From Camelus ferus (taxonomy: Eukaryota): a DNA stretch of 64,000 nucleotides. The translations under genes and the position numbers were made by a program. The notes under the pieces are model-generated. The model was not told where the DNA came from and ran no database searches. It was given only the letters and a program-made list of their open reading frames with translations. The DNA lies in the NCBI RefSeq assembly GCF_009834535.1, contig NC_045697.1, forward strand, positions 88,786,001-88,850,000, read 5' to 3'. Of the stretch, positions 38,895 through 49,905 are shown piece after piece. Each line of letters starts with the position of its first letter. Within the stretch, counting starts at the first letter, position 1.

Positions 38895-39110
38895 CTAAGT
38901 GGTTAAGCGATCTGCAGTCATCATGTCTAGTTTCCTATGCCACTTTCACAGTTTGCTGACTTTGTGACCTAAGCAAGTTAACTGACTTCATGGAGCTTCC
39001 ATGTTTCCATCCTGAAGACGTGGAAAACAACATTTTGCTCTTAGGCTTATAAGGAAGATAAAATTATGTAATGAGTACAAGATGGTATATAGATTCACAT
39101 GTTACCTATT
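38895..39110 (+). mobile_element. MIR SINE relic
   Basis: 'agtggttaagc...ctttgtgacctaagcaagttaactgacttc'. Confidence 0.6.
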
Positions 39111-39639
39111 ATTATTACTATTGCTGTCATAGTTAATTCATTGTTTCTCAACTAATTAACTAATTCCAGGAACTATTTATTCAAGACTATTATGTCCAAA
39201 GACCTGAGTAAACAGGTACCGTCCTCAGGGAACTTACAGTCTGGTAGGGAAGGCTGAGCAGCTCACATATAATTATAATGCACCTGTACTGTTTGCACTG
39301 AACAATAATATGTAGGCACTTAATTGGAGTCACACCCCTGAAGAGATTCTCAAAACTCAACAGCTCTTTGGGGGTGGGGGATGGATTGCAGCTATAATAT
39401 GGGTGGCATAACCATCTTTACTTTGTTAAAAATTTAACTTACTAACAATGATAAACATATAAAATATGGTTTTGCTTAATCCTGAGATAAATATTTACAG
39501 ATATAAATATAATGATGTGTATTGTTCCAAGTACTTTTCATAAAATTCAGTGTCAAATTGCTAGTAAGCGTGTGACTAAATATTGCATTTTTTCCCTACA
39601 GGGGGAAAGTTCAAATCAATTAGCTGTGATGAATATGCA

Positions 39640-39960
39640 TGAGATCTCAGCTCTCTCACAGAGGTACTGTGATAGATGTTGGAGGGAATTCAAAGATAAT
39701 AAAAAAGAAGTGTCTCTGTTCTTTGGGGTTTCAGTCAATTATTAGCTGAGCATGTAAAGCAGTTACCCACATGAAGCAGTTCAGTATAACTTGTACAATG
39801 AAAGGAGAAAAAACAAGGTGCCGTGGGAATAAGGGGAATGAGATTCATCAAACTGTGGTAATCTGGAAGGCGGCGTGAGGGAGATGGTATTTGACAGAGT
39901 AAACAAAGGATGATGCATTTTCAATAGCTAGTGATGGAGTAGGACCCATGTGCCCAAGAG
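39640..39960 (-). mobile_element. L2 relic
   Basis: Purine-rich L2-reverse pattern ('gaggtactgtgatagatgttggagg...aaggtgccgtgggaataaggggaatgagattc'). Confidence 0.5.
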
Positions 39961-41804
39961 AGGTTTGGGAATATAGTGATTATCTTTGTTTTAAACCTAG
40001 GATGGTGTGCAGGCAGTGATACTGAGAGTTGATCTAACAAACGTTTACGCAAAACCTGCTACCCTGAACAAGGTGCTGTGTTGGATGATCTAAAAAGACA
40101 TTCATTTTACCTTAGTAAGGAGGACAGACAAATCAAGAGTTGATTTTAAAATTGTGAAATTTGCAAACTTTGGGAAATTGTAAGCCACAACAGCCGCATT
40201 GAGAAGGGGTTATTCACTTCATTGGTGGGACAGGATCCGACAAGGACGACACTGTCTGACCTGCATTTTGCGGTACAGAATAGGGCAACAAAGTAGGGGA
40301 GATGTTGTGGGAAGCAAGAACATCCAAATAGAAAAGTGATCATTTTCTCCCCTGTAATTGTTGCTAATTGTCCTTCTACGTCGTGCATCAGTCATGAGCC
40401 TCATTCATTCACCCTCATGTGCAAGTCCCGGACACACTGGAATGAACTTCAGTCACCCATGAAGCACAGGGACTCCTACAAGAAGTAGGAGAAAAGGGTT
40501 GCTGGATTCAAACCAGACTTTGACAGCTTGGGTAGAACTGTTTGGGTTGCCCTATTTATTTTGACTTTTACATTCTATTTTATCCCAGTTTTCTGACTTC
40601 CAGTTGCTGTTAAATTCCTCTCTCACTAGAAGCTCTTGGTTTTTACACCACTCTGGATTCATGACCTGCTGAAAACACCATTTACATTTCTTTCCACTGT
40701 TATTCCATGATATTACCCCCTCTATTACCAAGGTTACTGAGTAAGATTGTGTGTATGTGTGTATGTGTGTGAGTGTGCACACAGATGCATTTCCCACCTT
40801 TCTCAACTCTGTAAGGAAATGTAGTCGGTATATTTCCTTTCAAGAAGATGAGAGTCAAACTCTTTAAAGCTGAATATCAGGTTTTTTCCAGCATAATATT
40901 CTGAGAACTTAGGCAGGCATCAGGTATATATTGAAAGATGTTAGTCCAAAGAATAAGTAGAGATGTCATTATGACAAGAGTAAGGAATATTTTATAAAGT
41001 TTGGAGAAGATAAACGATTCCTCCCTTTTTTATAAGAAGGATAAAAGGGGTAAAGTTTTTCAAAATATGGAAGCAGAGAATCTGTAAGAGGAATTTCTGT
41101 GAGCTTTATGAGCTTCTATGGAGATAGACAGATTTACTATTTGACCTTCATTACACGGTGGAATACAATATGAATTTATTAGAAAAATAGCCAAAATTAC
41201 TATTGATAGAAGATAATTTATTCAACTCTATATTCTTTGAGCAAAGAGTAAATACAGCAAAATTTTGTCAAGTGAAAGAAGAGTAAATACAGCAAAACTT
41301 CTATTAAATATATAATAATATATAATATTCAAAGTCTGTGGGAGTGGATTCAGCTATTATGACTAAATCAGAAGAGAAGGTAATCTTTTTTTAGCTTAGC
41401 ATTAATTGAATGGTTTATATAAAGGTCTTAAGCCTCTTAGAGCTTATTAGAAAAAAATTCTTCAATTAAACAAAAATATTTTTTCCTTTAGTTAAAAATA
41501 AAACATTATCAAACAAAATTTCACAGTAGAAATGTTGTATAATGCCAACAACTATGTACATATATATGTGGGTATTTTGATAGATAGGAATAAATGCATA
41601 CTCTTAAAGAAATATAATTTACATCTATTAGTCATGTTCTCAGCTGCAATAAAGCAATGTATTAGTGAAATTGGGTGCTTATACTATATATAATTTAGTT
41701 TGAAAGAATAAAATAGAAGCACATGTGTAAGTACTTTTGCAATACTCATATTCAACTATAATTTTTCCTAATTTGTTTCTTGTTTTACAGTGATGTGCTG
41801 GGAT

Positions 41805-41846
41805 TGGGGTCATTAAGTTTTGGGGTCATTAAGTTTTAGAGTCATT
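41805..41846. repeat. 16-bp tandem duplication TGGGGTCATTAAGTTT x2 plus a partial third copy
   Basis: 41805-41820 equals 41821-41836, followed by TAGAGTCATT. Confidence 0.9.
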
Positions 41847-42224
41847 CTATCACTTTATCTAGTTAAATTGAAAATTGGTTTTTCTTTGGTTACCTCTCTG
41901 AGTGTTTTTATTTATATTCTCTCTCCCTCTCTCTCTCTCCTTCTCTCCTAACCTCCCTCTTGCTACAAATTAAATGGAGGTTTTTCTCAAAAACCTTGGC
42001 CTTGGCCTTGGACGACCCCTCCTCGCTCTCTGAAGTGTCTCCTTAGCAATCTCATAGTGTCAACTGTCACTTTTATGTTGATCACTTTTTACTTCTCTCT
42101 TCCTGACTTCAAAAGCATCACATTCTGACTATTGGCTAGATTTTACCTGGAAATTTAGCCCCCATTGCACTTCAATTTCACTCTGCTCATTGAGAAAAAT
42201 AGTTATTATTTAATAAGGTATCTC

Positions 42225-43110
42225 AATAAATTATTATGAATGTGTGATAGAAAAACAGGGCACTTTAAGAAAATATTGGAAGGGAACCGAAACGAGACTA
42301 TGGATCACTGAAAGAGTCAGTATGGAAGTGATATTTACACTGTGGCTTGAAGGGTCACTTGAAATTAATTAGGCCAAGTTCAGTGGTTAGGAAGCAGCAT
42401 TCCAAGCAAAAGGAATACCATGCATAAAAGCCCTGAGGTGGAAAGAGTACAGCTGAGTAACCGAAAAAGAATTTTATTAAACTGACAGAGCTGAAAGGGA
42501 AGAAGTGAGAGATGAGCCTGGGGAATTAGCCTGGGTATGAGTGTGAGGATTTCCAGAAGTCAGTTTAGTATTACTCATCCCAAAAGGAGAAGCCATTGAA
42601 GAGTATTATTTTGATCATATTTGTGTTTTGTAAAAAGCCTTCCAGCTGAATGGAATCATAAATGGATGCAAAGAGACTGGTTAGAGGTCAGGGCATGTGG
42701 TCTTAGGAGTTCAGTATAGAGAACACGGGGCCGTGGACCAGGAGGTGGCAGTGAGGTTGGAGACCTGGGCGTTGCTTTGAGATGTGCTGACGAGGTGGTA
42801 CTGCTGTTTCTTGGTGATGAACAGGATGTGAGTGTGGAGGATAATGGGAGGATGTTGGGAGCAGCAAGATGCTGGTTAGGTTTCTGCCTCGAACAACTAA
42901 GGATGGTGAGTTACAGAACACTGGAGGATGTAGGTGATAGATGTATTTTGAGTCTTGTTCAATGTGAGGACACTCTGAAATACCCAATGGAAATATCAGT
43001 TAGGTGGATAGTTGTATCTGGAGCACAACAGGACAGTCTAGGTTAAAATTTAGATCTGGAGTTCAGTATTCATGAAAGTAACCATGAGAGCAGCTGTATT
43101 ATCCAAAGGG
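42225..43110 (-). mobile_element. L2 LINE fragment
   Basis: 'cattccaagcaaaaggaataccatgcataaaagccctgaggtggaaagagt' and 'ggaaatatcagttaggtggatagttgtatctggagcac' are L2 in reverse. An oppositely oriented L2 piece lies at ~41960-42185. Confidence 0.75.
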
Positions 43111-43514
43111 GAGTAGGTTCTCTCCAGAACCATTGTTTCTCACCAGAATCATTACATACTTGAGAATAGCAAGATTGGTTGCCAGATTAATAGATTAGTG
43201 TAGTAAGCTAGGAGAGTTATGACCATCATTTGAACAAGGATATTAATTGTGGGGAAGGAGGAAAAAGGATAGAGTTAGGAAACATAGGATATGGAAAGAA
43301 GGAATGGAAAATGAATATTTGATTAAAACTAGTCAGGGAGACATTTGAAGTGCCTCAGCATGTATGTATACTAGAATTTTTTTCCCTTTCGTTTTTAGCG
43401 TAGCAAATATGCATCAAATGATATCATTTATTTTATGATACTGCTCAAGCCTCACTAACAATAACAATTCTTTCAGGTAAAATAGACCCGAAGCAATTTT
43501 TGATAGAGCTAGGA

Positions 43515-43735
43515 ATAAGTATTTACCAGACATTTTTTCTAAACACTTCACATATATTAAACCATTTAATACTTATAAAAATTCTATGAGACATTTACTT
43601 ATATTATCACATTTAACCAATGAAGAAATTGAGAAACAACAAGGTTATGGCTTGTCTATCCCAAGGTCATACAATTTGTAATTGTCAGAAATAGATTTAA
43701 ACCCAGATGTTCTGGTTCCAAAGTCTGTAGTCTTA
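43515..43735 (-). mobile_element. MIR SINE
   Basis: 'atgaagaaattgagaaac...cccaaggtcatacaatttgtaa...gatttaaacccagatgttctggttccaaagtc'. Confidence 0.75.
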
Positions 43736-43842
43736 CATAAAAATAAAGAACTGCATATGTGCTAAGAACAATGGGGTATATGAAAAAGGCATGACTTAGT
43801 ATTTAAGTATGCATAGACATTTAAAATATGCATAATATTTAC

Positions 43843-44180
43843 AAACTCAGGAGCAGAGTAAAAAAGTGGTTGTAAGGGGCTGGGAGTTAGCGGGAATACG
43901 GAGAGGTTGGTAAAATGGTGTAAACTCTCAGCTATAAGATGACTAAGGTCTGAGGATCTAATAGAAAACATGGTGACTATACTTGATAGCACTATAATGT
44001 ATAGTTGAAATTTGCTGAGAGAATAGCACTTAAATATTCTCATTAAAAAGAAAAAGATATATATGTGAGGTGACGGATATGTTAACTAAATAGGAGAATC
44101 CTTTCACGATGTATACAGTATCTCAGATCACCACAGTGTCTTCCTTTTACACCTTAATAAAGCTGAAATTAAAAAAGAAA
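43843..44180 (+). mobile_element. L1 3' end (L1MA-type), with polyA signal and A-tail
   Basis: 'agctataagatgactaaggtctgaggatctaat...catggtgactata...gaaatttgctgagagaatag...atgtgaggtgacggatatgttaac...aataaagctgaaattaaaaaag'. Confidence 0.85.
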
Positions 44181-46189
44181 TACTCGGTTTAAATATCAGG
44201 TTGAGGAAAAAAGGACATACTCTGTAGCTAGTTTTAAAACCATACGTCATAGAAAATTAAGAAGTTCTTCAGTTGTTCAGAGTAAGTGGAGTTCAATGAA
44301 AGATGGCTGAATTGAAAATCGTTTCCTGTAGAGAAATTCATGGGTGACCATTACCATTTATACTCAGACATCTATAGCATTTACCCTTCCTTACGCAGCA
44401 CATGAGGAACAGCTGCAGACCCATATATGCAAAAATTGGGTTTGGTGACTTTCACCCACAAATCTACTATAGGTTTAAACAGGAGAAGGGGTGTTTGTGT
44501 GTGGAAATTCTGCCCTGTCTCAGGTAGGTAGAAATAATGAACAGAAGAGGAAAAGGCAATTTCCTACCTGATGGTGTAGAACTCTCTAAATCTGCCAGTC
44601 TAGTTTTTCCCCCTTCTGTTTTAGGTTTTATAGGACTTTCTTAAATAGTCAGTTTAGTATTCGTCACTAGTTTGGAAATTAGTTTTCTGGAGCCAGTATG
44701 AAGTGTTAAGTATTTATAGACAGAAACTTTGGCAAAGACTACAGAGAATCTTGAAATGGCCTTTCCCTGTGGCAGAAGAGCTTGAACAGACTGAAGTGCA
44801 AATCCTGATTTGTAAAGAGTAAGTGTGGGTTTGTAGAAATAAAGTGTATGATTGAGAAAGTTGGTTTTTCCAGTATGCCTTAGTGATTATTAAATAGCTG
44901 TGTTTTTTATTTGAATTACTTGGAGAGAAGCTCCATAGCATTCACAGTAAACAATTTATGCAGTTAGAATATGCAAAAGACAAAGTAAAGCAAACTAAAG
45001 AGACGTTTTAGAGTAGAATGGGAATTGAGCCAATGAGCCCGACTGGTAGAGTCTTTGGAGGGAAGCCAGGAAGTCTGTGATATTTCTCTGGTTAGGATAT
45101 GTATATGTGGTATTGGATTAAAAAAATGTTAACCCTTCCCACTGAATTTGAGACTCTCCTGATTCTGAAACTCAAAACTGAATGCAAATTAAGATTTTTT
45201 TTAAGTATGATTAAAAAAATATCACATGCACACTTGACATTTGGCAATGCCTCAGAGCTCTCAGAAAATGTCAAGATAGGAAAATATCCAAAAGCTTTTT
45301 TTTTTTTTTTTTTTTTTTGAGAAAAAGAAAGTTGGATTCTAGCCAAATGCCTGCTGAGGAATTCTTATGAGAATTTCTGGAAACTGTACTTTTTAAGGTA
45401 ATCTTGTTCTCCATGCTTGCATAGCCCCAAATGTTCCTTGAGTGAATTTAAAGTCTCATCTATTTGTGCCTTTTTGTTGTACATCCTCTAGACTTCAATG
45501 GTCAAGTATCACTTTGGCAGAGGGACAAAAAAAAAATATTGTGTTTGGCACTACACGATCTTAGAATACTTTGAGAATAAATATGCCAAGAGAGAATCAT
45601 ATTATGTAGCTTGAATTATATTTTTCATGTATGATATGTATGTCTTCTTATGTTAAGTAAGTTTATATCAGCCTTTTGCTTTTCCATTAAAATAAGTACA
45701 CATACACAGATATCTGATATACTATGGTTGGAGGGCATAAGTGAGATACAATTTCAGGTAAATAATGTAAAATCAGCAGAGATCTTATCTAAACGTAATG
45801 TTTTAAATCTTATCAACATAGCTTTTAAGAGATTGGGAACAACTATCTACAATCAAAAATAGCCAAGAAGGAAAATGTTTAACTTTCCTGCAACAATTTG
45901 GGAGATTACTATCACCTGTATTAATTAATTTATATTAATTATATTAATAATTCTTTAAGGAAATAGTGGCACATACCTTTTAAGAGACTTCCTTTCCAAA
46001 ACCAGCAGTGGAGAATATGGAGAGCCATGAAATCCCCACAGTAGCTGCTGTGAAAGGTAGCAGGAGACTGCTGGAGCCTGGTGGCACAGGGTGTATTTAC
46101 TAGAGTATGTCCAGCTGAGAAACTGGCTTGATTTCCTGCTGTCTGCTATAAGGACCATAAGTAATAATCTAGAACTAGTTGGCTTACCA

Positions 46190-46490
46190 TTTCATTTATT
46201 CAGTGAATAATGAAAGAGCCCCTAGTGTTTGCTAGACTTTGTCCTAGGGGCTGGGAACGTAGAAGTGGATAATAAGATGAAAAATGTCTCTTTGTAGGGG
46301 AGGATCAATTGTGGGGAGAGTGGGAAGATAATGACACAAATATATAAATGGGATAATTATAGATAGTGAGCTATTTTATGAATAAAACTGGATATATAAT
46401 GATGTGCTGGAGAATGAAGGAGGGATATGGAGCGTACTCTTTATATAAGGTCATTTAGAGAACACCTCCCTGAGAAGGGGACATCCTAAA
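46190..46490 (-). mobile_element. L2 LINE 3' end
   Basis: 'ttcatttattcagtgaataatgaaagagcccctagtgtttgctagactttgtcctaggggctggg' is the L2 tail in reverse. Confidence 0.7.
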
Positions 46491-47754
46491 TGTCAATAAT
46501 TCAGCTAGTCTCCTCCATCAGAGTGAGAATCATGCTTTCTTTGTTGCCTAGTATATCCAAAGTGCCTAGTACAGAGCCTGGTCTTTGGCGGACATAGTAT
46601 GATTGTACTTTGTAAGTGCAAATCACTTTAAAAAAATATTTTGATAGATATCATGTCATTAAATCTTTTGAATGACCTGAGGTAATGTGCCAAGAATTAT
46701 TAGCTACATTTGATGAGCTGGGGTACTTAGATCTCACAACTAGTAAATGGCAGAGCTGGCCCCAAAAAAGGGTAAGAGGGGAGCTCCTCAGACAGTCCTC
46801 TTCTTAATATATGACACATGATTCATGATTAGTTGTGTTGCTAATGTTGAGTATGGAATTTTATAAGACAACACATCACATTCATTTACATAATAGTAGT
46901 GGACTGATATCAAATCAGTTTTGATATGCTTGTATCCTTAACAGTGGTCCAACAAGAAAGGCAGTGTTATCATATTCATGTTTATAAACAGAAACAGAAA
47001 TTCAGAAAAGTTGTCTTGATCAAGTCACACACAATAACAAGTGGAAAATCCATGCTTTTACTCTAAGATTGAATACTAGAAGTCTGCTTTTATGGATGTC
47101 TTTATGAAGTTAAAATACATATTTTTTTAATTCTAAATCTAACACCTTTACTTTTCAAATACTACATAATGTTCTTTTTTTCCTTTTTATAAAATGTTAG
47201 CTTTTCATGGTATCGAGTTTAGAAAATACACTAAAGAACAAAACACAAATAATCACCATTAATAGTCTGGTATGAATAATTGAACACTTTTTTTTTCCTA
47301 AAAAAATTACAAATGTGAAATGTGCTTTGAACTTTGTGTAAAAGCTAGAGTATTATTTGATTAAATCTATTATTTAAGTTTGTTTAGTGAAGTAATGATA
47401 ATTCAATGAATTGTTCAAGTCAGAATTGTAATGATGTAGCTCCACATATATGAAGTAAGTCACCGTGAGGAATGCTTTGCCTATATTTCCTTTTTATCTT
47501 GATTTTATCTTAATTGCTCTAGTGGAGACATATTTTATCTGAAAAGGGGTGTAGAGATCCAAACAAGGGTCAGATCTCTAAAACAATATTGACATTTGTA
47601 ACTGTGAGCCTAAAATGTGTTCCTTCTAACAATTGCAGTTTTATTTCTATAACTAGAATCTATATTATGTGCGTGTGTATGGAATGTTTGTGTTGTGTTG
47701 CTTGCAACGAGACTTCAGCAGTATACTGTTCAGTGCTAGTACTCACATCAGCTC

Positions 47755-47955
47755 TCTTAATGAGCACTAAATGTGTGCCAGACACCATTCTATGTGCTCT
47801 ATATACCCTTTGTCTTATTTAACCATCACAGCATCCCAATGAATGTGGTACTTTTATTATCTCAAAGTTACTGATGAAGAAATAGGGGCACATGCAGATT
47901 AAATAGTTTTCTAAGTTCATACAGATAAAAATGGCAAATCCAGGATTTAAATCCA
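47755..47955 (-). mobile_element. MIR SINE
   Basis: 'tgagcactaaatgtgtgccagacaccattctatgtgctc...atggcaaatccaggatttaaatcc'. Confidence 0.8.
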
Positions 47956-48027
47956 CTAATAGCCTCCATGTCTACCTTTAGAAATAAGTGGAGGACAAGA
48001 AACAACCTTTGTTCAATATCTAATTTT

Positions 48028-48198
48028 ATTTTATTTTATTTTTAACCACTTTTATTGAATTATACTTTTAATTTAGAATGTGTGTTAGTTTCAGGTGTAC
48101 AGCAAGGTGATTCAGTTATACGTTAGTATATGTATATATCTATTCTTTTTCAGATTCTTTTCCATTTTAGGTTATTGCAAGATATTGAATTTTTTTAT
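48028..48198 (-). mobile_element. 5'-truncated L1 3' end (artiodactyl/laurasiatherian type) with a 13-bp TSD
   Basis: 'tgtgttagtttcaggtgtacagcaaggtgattcagttata...ttctttttcagattcttttccattttaggttattgcaagatattgaa'. TSD AATATCTAATTTT (48015-48027) / AATACCTAATTTT (48199-48211). Confidence 0.85.
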
Positions 48199-48874
48199 AA
48201 TACCTAATTTTTAATAGCATCTAGATAAAGATAATGAATGTACTATGAAATAATGGGAACTATAAGCATTGTATTTCAGACTATTATTTTCATTTTAAAT
48301 AAAGTAGGATAAATGACATATTTGTTAAAGTATGAAATGTTTGGAAAAGAATCTCAATTCTAGTCACAGATCTCTACTAACCCTGAAGTTAGGGATCCAC
48401 TTTAACACTTTGGCCTGGAATTCTTTGTTCAAAGGAATCAAAGGCGATGATCTCTAAAATCTTTTCCAATTCTGAGATTTTATTTAATCACCTCCTATGT
48501 TACCATTGTCTGTGAGTCACGGAGTGGAATGACAGCTTCAGCCTTCTCTGCATATTTCTCTTGCATCCTTACTTGTAAAGTGAAGCTGAGTGTAATGAAA
48601 GAAGGATAAACTCACAGTCATATTTAGCTGTCTTTGAAGTTCTTGCAGCATTTCAGAAGTTTGGTGACAAGCCCTTGTTTTCAAAGTGACAAAGTGTCAG
48701 TGTAATTTGGTACGCTTGACAGTATTCCATAACAGATAACTAAAAATATTCTTTGGAAAATTTTAGAAAGTGCTATCTATAAAGAGCCACCTTGGTTAGC
48801 TTCAGTACAAATAAATTATAAGCATCACTTCCTTATTCTATGGATTTACTGATTTCAAATGCCTCTTACCTATT

Positions 48875-48980
48875 TTTTGAGAGCTTTATTTAGCAAGGTA
48901 TAATCCACTTATCATAAAGTTCACTCTTTTAAAGGGTACAATTCACTGATTTTTTTTTTTTTTAATGTTCACAGAAATGT
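48875..48980 (-). mobile_element. Old L1 (L1MB-like) 3' stub
   Basis: 'agctttatt...ggtataatccacttatcataaagttcactcttttaaagggtacaattcactgattttt'. Confidence 0.7.
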
Positions 48981-49789
48981 CTAGATTGACCCTTACTTTC
49001 TCTCTTCGCTTGTCTGTACTATCTATTCCAACAAAGTGTGAGCTGGTGGCATTCTTTCAGTATTGCTAATGGATATGAGGGTATGGCAGGGGGAGCCTGC
49101 TAATCCTAGCTAAATGCAGATGAAATAGCTTGTAAAATCACAAGGAATAATAAGTATTCAGATATAGATTCCCAGAAGCATGAAAAAGAAGACGATTAAA
49201 ATAATACATTTATTTGTCATACTATGAAACAGTGTAGGCTTGTTAGCATCAGATAAGTTGTCAGATAAGACATTTGTCTCATATATTTAGAATAACTTTA
49301 TGTGGGCCTTAAATTCATAGAGGCATCTTAGCATCTTCAGAGCAAAATGAGTTAACACTCGGGAGTTTTTTTGTTTTGTTTTGTTTTTGTTTTTTAGATT
49401 ATCACTTGAGAAAGGGCAACATCATAACACTGAGTGGCACAGTCTGAAATTATTCTGTGGGCCTGAGTGATTTAGCAACTCATCAAACGACCATAAAGAA
49501 AGTTTGATCCTTATTTTAGGTTCCTTTTTGTTGATTCTAAATTGAAAGTATAGCAAGAATGTTTTCACTGGCAATTGCCTTTATCTTAAGATGTAATGGC
49601 ACAACACATTTGGCAAAGTCACTAAATTATTTCTCATGTGTATGTTTGGTGGAGGCAGTTATTACCATAGGAAAGATTTTAAAAATTAAGATTTTATTCC
49701 CTATCTTGTTTCAGCCATAGCTCCAGTGAGTGTTTGAATGTTTCCTTCATTTCACTGAATGATTATTCCTCATACTTAATTCAGACCTT

Positions 49790-49905
49790 GGCAACCTGCT
49801 TGGGTGCCCTAATGAGTGGGTTCCCTGGGGGTTAGGCCTGGCAATGTGTATTATGAAAACTCTGTCTGGTGATTCTAATTTGTAAACTTAGTTAGAAACC
49901 ACTGC
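49790..49905. mobile_element. MER5-like MITE fragment
   Basis: 'aggcctggcaatgtgtatt...ctggtgattctaatttg...gttagaaaccactg'. Confidence 0.55.

Noticed and set aside
41761..41790. Strong acceptor (cctaat...ttgttttacag) as the next FAT4 exon
   Set aside because: Phase 0 begins with TGA, there is no cadherin sequence, and I found no good donor nearby.
41244..41846. CRISPR-like repeat-spacer structure
   Set aside because: Only two copies of each short repeat, in mammalian intronic DNA, with no cas genes.
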